Shown piece after piece: positions 60,802 through 64,000 of a stretch of DNA of 64,000 nucleotides. The stretch's first letter is position 1, and each line of letters opens with the position of its first letter. Made by a program: the position numbers and the translations under genes. The stretch comes from a bacterium. Lineage in GTDB: Bacteria; Margulisbacteria; Marinamargulisbacteria; JAHFDA01. Under the pieces are notes generated by a model, which saw only the letters and a program-made list of their open reading frames with translations, was not told the DNA's origin and did no database searches. Location: contig JAHFDA010000008.1 of NCBI GenBank assembly GCA_023249225.1, forward strand, positions 4,331 through 68,330, in the 5' to 3' direction.

Positions 60802-62709
60802 TTAAATATCCACCTGAATTCCCACTTCGACAGCACGGTCAAAGGGGATACGGAAGTATTCGGTAGGGTTTTGCGCATTGCGGGCCATGAACACGAACAA
60901 TTTTTCACGCCATAGCGCCATGCCAGGACGATTGGTGGCTTGGACCGATTCGCGGCCCATAAAAAATGTAATCTCGCCAAGCTCAAGTTTTAAACCCTTG
61001 TCTTCGCAACTGATCAGCACATCGATCACATTGGGGTCGTCCATAAAACCAAAATAAGCCACCACGCGCGTCATACCCTCTACCAGCGGACTGATCTGAA
61101 TATGATCATCGGCCGCCACGCGCGGCATGTCTTCGATCACCATTGAAAGGATGATGATGTTTTTATGCAACACTTTGTTGTGTTTTACGTTGTAATACAG
61201 CGCTTGCGGCATGCTCTCGGGGTCGGCGGTCATATAGATCGCTGTTCCGGATACCATGGTATGTGGCATTTTAAGCATGTCTCCGATAAAACGTTGCACC
61301 GAAATACGCTTGAGCCGAAGGCGCTGGGCCAGCAAGCGCCGTCCATCCATCCAGGTGGACATGCAAATATATACCCCCAGACCAATCAGTAATGCCAGCC
61401 AACCTCCGTGGATAAACTTTAAGGCGTTGGCAGTAAAAAACATTCCGTCGATCAGTACAAATACGGATATGATCAAAACCACAGTGGGCATGTTCCAATG
61501 CCACAGTTTTCGGGCGGCCACTCCGGTCAACAGCGTTGTCACCAACATGGTGAGCGAGACGGCTACGCCATAAGCGGCCGCCATGGCGCTGGATGTCCTA
61601 AAAAACATCACCAATCCAATGGTTCCCACGCACAGCGCCCAATTGATAAACGGTACATAGATTTGGCCGATGGTGTCGGGCGAGGTATGAATGATGGCCA
61701 TGCGAGGCGAATAACCCAGTTGAATGGCCTGCCGCGTCAACGAAAAGACACCCGAAATTAAAGCCTGGGAGGCAATCACCGTGGCGGCAGTGGCCAGCAG
61801 TATCAAAGGAATTTGCAACCACCCGGGGGCCAGTTGATAAAACGGGTTAAATACGTTTTCGGGATGCATCATGATCAGCGCACCCTGACCCAGATAGTTA
61901 AGCATAAGTGCTGGCAAAACGAATACCAGCCATGTAATTCGTATGGGCGTGCGTCCAAAATGTCCCATGTCGGCATACAGGGCTTCGCCGCCGGTCACCA
62001 CCAAAAAAACAGCGCCTAAAATACCAAAGGCATGCCAGCCATGTTCTAACAGAAGTTGCAGCGCGTATCCCGGCATCAATGCATTAAGGATCTGGGGATA
62101 GGCCATAATCTGGCGTAGTCCCAAAAGCGCCAGCACTCCGAACCAAAGCAGCATCACGGGTCCAAAAGCGGATCCAATGCGGGCGGTGCCAAAGTGCTGC
62201 ACGGTAAACAAGGCTACCAGCACCACCAGGGTTAACGGAATCACAAAAGGCTGTAACGCCGGAGCGGCAAACTGCAAGCCTTCAATCGCGCTTAACACCG
62301 AAATAGCTGGCGTAATCATGCCATCACCATACAGCAGCGCGGCTCCGATAATTCCAAGTCCAATCACCAGACTGCGTACCTTTAGATTCTTAAAATGCTT
62401 GCGCGCGCTTACCAGTGCCATCAGGGCCAGAATGCCGCCCTCGCCCTTGTTGTCGGCCCGCAAGATAAGCAGTAGGTACTTTATTGTGATGATCAGCAGC
62501 AGGGACCAAAACACCAGTGACAAAACACCAAACACATGAGCAGCCGAAACTGCGATTTTATGCGGCCCGTGAAAACATTCCCGCAGGGCGTACAGCGGGC
62601 TGGTGCCGATATCGCCAAACACCACTCCCAAGGCCCCCAACGACAGGGTGGCAAGCGCAGGTCGATGGGCGGAGTTTGCTTCAGAAGAATCTGTGTGCAT
62701 GGATGCCAT
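60802..62709 (-). CDS. kup: Potassium uptake protein Kup (KUP/HAK/KT family)
   Basis: 635-aa ORF. GVVFGDIGTSPLYAL signature, about 12 TM, and a cytoplasmic C-terminal domain. Confidence 0.95.
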   Translation of the reverse strand: MASMHTDSSEANSAHRPALATLSLGALGVVFGDIGTSPLYALRECFHGPHKIAVSAAHVFGVLSLVFWSLLLIITIKYLLLILRADNKGEGGILALMALVSARKHFKNLKVRSLVIGLGIIGAALLYGDGMITPAISVLSAIEGLQFAAPALQPFVIPLTLVVLVALFTVQHFGTARIGSAFGPVMLLWFGVLALLGLRQIMAYPQILNALMPGYALQLLLEHGWHAFGILGAVFLVVTGGEALYADMGHFGRTPIRITWLVFVLPALMLNYLGQGALIMMHPENVFNPFYQLAPGWLQIPLILLATAATVIASQALISGVFSLTRQAIQLGYSPRMAIIHTSPDTIGQIYVPFINWALCVGTIGLVMFFRTSSAMAAAYGVAVSLTMLVTTLLTGVAARKLWHWNMPTVVLIISVFVLIDGMFFTANALKFIHGGWLALLIGLGVYICMSTWMDGRRLLAQRLRLKRISVQRFIGDMLKMPHTMVSGTAIYMTADPESMPQALYYNVKHNKVLHKNIIILSMVIEDMPRVAADDHIQISPLVEGMTRVVAYFGFMDDPNVIDVLISCEDKGLKLELGEITFFMGRESVQATNRPGMALWREKLFVFMARNAQNPTEYFRIPFDRAVEVGIQVDI

Positions 62710-62753
62710 CTACCTATTATGGAATCCATGGTAATCTTTGAAAATATAAATTT

Positions 62754-63701
62754 ATGGTTGCGATCCATATACCCGTCGTCCAGGCTGAAAACCTTTGCAA
62801 GCACTATGGCGAGCTTAAAGCGGTCGACGGGGTCAGTTTTAATGTTCAACGGGGGGAGTGTTTTGGCATTTTAGGACCCAACGGCGCCGGTAAAACCACC
62901 ACCATGAAGATGCTGTATGGGGTGGCCATTCCCACAGCGGGTCATTTACGGGTGCTGGATTTTGATGTCTTACAGGAGATTAGGCAGCTTAAAAGCCACC
63001 TGGGCGTGATTGCCCAGGAAAACAACCTGGATCCCGACCTCACGGTGCGCGAGAACCTGGTGATCTTTGCACGTTACTTTGGCATCACGGGTCGAGAGGC
63101 ACAAAGGCGGGCAGACGAACTGCTTGGTTTTTCGGATTTAACCGAAAAAGCCAAGGTACGCGTCGATAAGCTTTCGGGGGGAATGAAACGCAAGCTGATG
63201 ATTGTGCGCGGCTTGATCCATCACCCTAAACTTTTAATTCTGGATGAACCCACCACAGGCCTTGATCCTGGGGCGCGCCTCGGGATCTGGAAGTTGCTCA
63301 AAAATTTGCAGCAAGAAGAGCAAGTGACGCTCATGTTGACGACCCACTACATGGAAGAAGCCCAGCGCCTGTGTGACCGCCTGGTATTTATGGATCGTGG
63401 AAAAATCATTTGCGAAGGCCGACCCGACGAGGTGGTGCAAAAACAAGTCGGTGCATGGGTACTTGAGCTTGATGTTGAATTGTCCGGCGCAGCGCTGGCC
63501 GAGTTACAGCCGCGTCTGGTGGCTTTTCGCGTAGAAAAGGGACAAACCTATCTTTATTCCTCTGATGGCGAGGCGTTGTTTCAGCATTTAAGGCAACGTC
63601 CAGAACTGTCACAAAGTTCACGTCTTACCCAACGCAAGACCTCGCTTGAGGATGTGTTTATTCATTTAACGGGCACACGGCTTTCGGGAGACTTGCCATG
63701 A
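62754..63701 (+). CDS. ABC transporter ATP-binding protein (ABC-2/DrrA/NodI-like exporter)
   Basis: 315-aa ORF. Walker A GPNGAGKTT, signature LSGGMKRKL, Walker B LLILDEPT, H-loop TTHYMEEA. Confidence 0.9.
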   Translation: MVAIHIPVVQAENLCKHYGELKAVDGVSFNVQRGECFGILGPNGAGKTTTMKMLYGVAIPTAGHLRVLDFDVLQEIRQLKSHLGVIAQENNLDPDLTVRENLVIFARYFGITGREAQRRADELLGFSDLTEKAKVRVDKLSGGMKRKLMIVRGLIHHPKLLILDEPTTGLDPGARLGIWKLLKNLQQEEQVTLMLTTHYMEEAQRLCDRLVFMDRGKIICEGRPDEVVQKQVGAWVLELDVELSGAALAELQPRLVAFRVEKGQTYLYSSDGEALFQHLRQRPELSQSSRLTQRKTSLEDVFIHLTGTRLSGDLP

Positions 63702-64000
63702 TGCAGGTTTTTAAAAATATTTCGCTGCGGCATGCTTTACGCGTTTGGTATCGGAATGCTTTTGTGTACAAGCGCCTTATTAAGGTTGGTATTTTGCCTA
63801 ATTTTCTCGAGCCGCTGCTCTATCTTTTAAGCATGGGCATTGGTGTCGGGCGTTATGTCGATGGAATTCAGGGCATGAGTTATCTGCAATTCATTGGCCC
63901 GGGCTTTATAGCCTCGACCGCCATGTTTGGCGCCACCTTTGAAATTACATTTTCAAGTTACGTGCGCATGATTTGGCAGAAAACATTTGATTCTATTATT
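63698..64000 (+). CDS. ABC-2 type transporter permease (5' partial, runs off the window)
   Basis: The ATG overlaps the ATPase stop (ATGA). Translated MMQVFKNISLRHALRVWYRNAFVYKRL...LEPLLYLLSMGIGVG resembles NodJ/DrrB-type ABC-2 permeases. Confidence 0.7.
   Translation, partial: MMQVFKNISLRHALRVWYRNAFVYKRLIKVGILPNFLEPLLYLLSMGIGVGRYVDGIQGMSYLQFIGPGFIASTAMFGATFEITFSSYVRMIWQKTFDSII

Overview
Bacterial chromosomal window with roughly balanced base composition by eye. It is densely coded on both strands, and I could not place the lineage from sequence alone.

Housekeeping blocks:
- ApgM-like mutase and aspartate kinase, then tRNA-Pro(GGG), a rhomboid protease, type-2 MetAP and iPGM (0-7.3 kb).
- mnmG ... 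parA-parB, with two perfect parS sites inside parA.
- rpsF-ssb-ssb2-rpsR-rplI, uvrC, and an envC-like M23 / ctp / yibQ-like envelope cluster.
- Phosphohexomutase, pyrB-pyrC and an ArnT-like glycosyltransferase (28.9-48 kb).
- carA, xseA, kup and an ABC-2 exporter (58.4-64 kb).

Accessory stretches sit between these blocks. Four type II TA-like modules are present: HicBA, RHH-MazF, zeta-like ATPase plus a small partner, and VapBC. There are also three STAND/AAA-type ATPase genes and many orphan ORFs. No integrase, transposase, CRISPR array or rRNA was seen.

Most unusual content:
1. An island at about 15.7-24.9 kb encodes two very large sigma-70-family proteins (681 and 778 aa). Each carries a 400-500 aa uncharacterised N-terminal domain. 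The island also holds orphan genes and small membrane proteins, and a roughly 30-nt promoter-like element is shared by the orphan cassette and the second sigma gene.
2. A purine-nucleoside-phosphorylase-like gene with insertions sits next to a GAPDH-like gene whose catalytic SCTTN block lies after the WxDNEYGYS block (apparent sequence permutation). Both genes are preceded by the same 22-nt motif.
3. A membrane-anchored HExxH protein is followed by two giant paralogous proteins with beta-barrel-like C-termini and no visible signal peptide, next to tandem M3 oligoendopeptidase paralogs.
4. Several short dispersed repeat families are present: an approximately 80-nt palindromic element, an 18-nt motif in the 3' flank of three genes, and a GTGAAGCG array.

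All functional calls come from motif recognition by eye. No database search was run.
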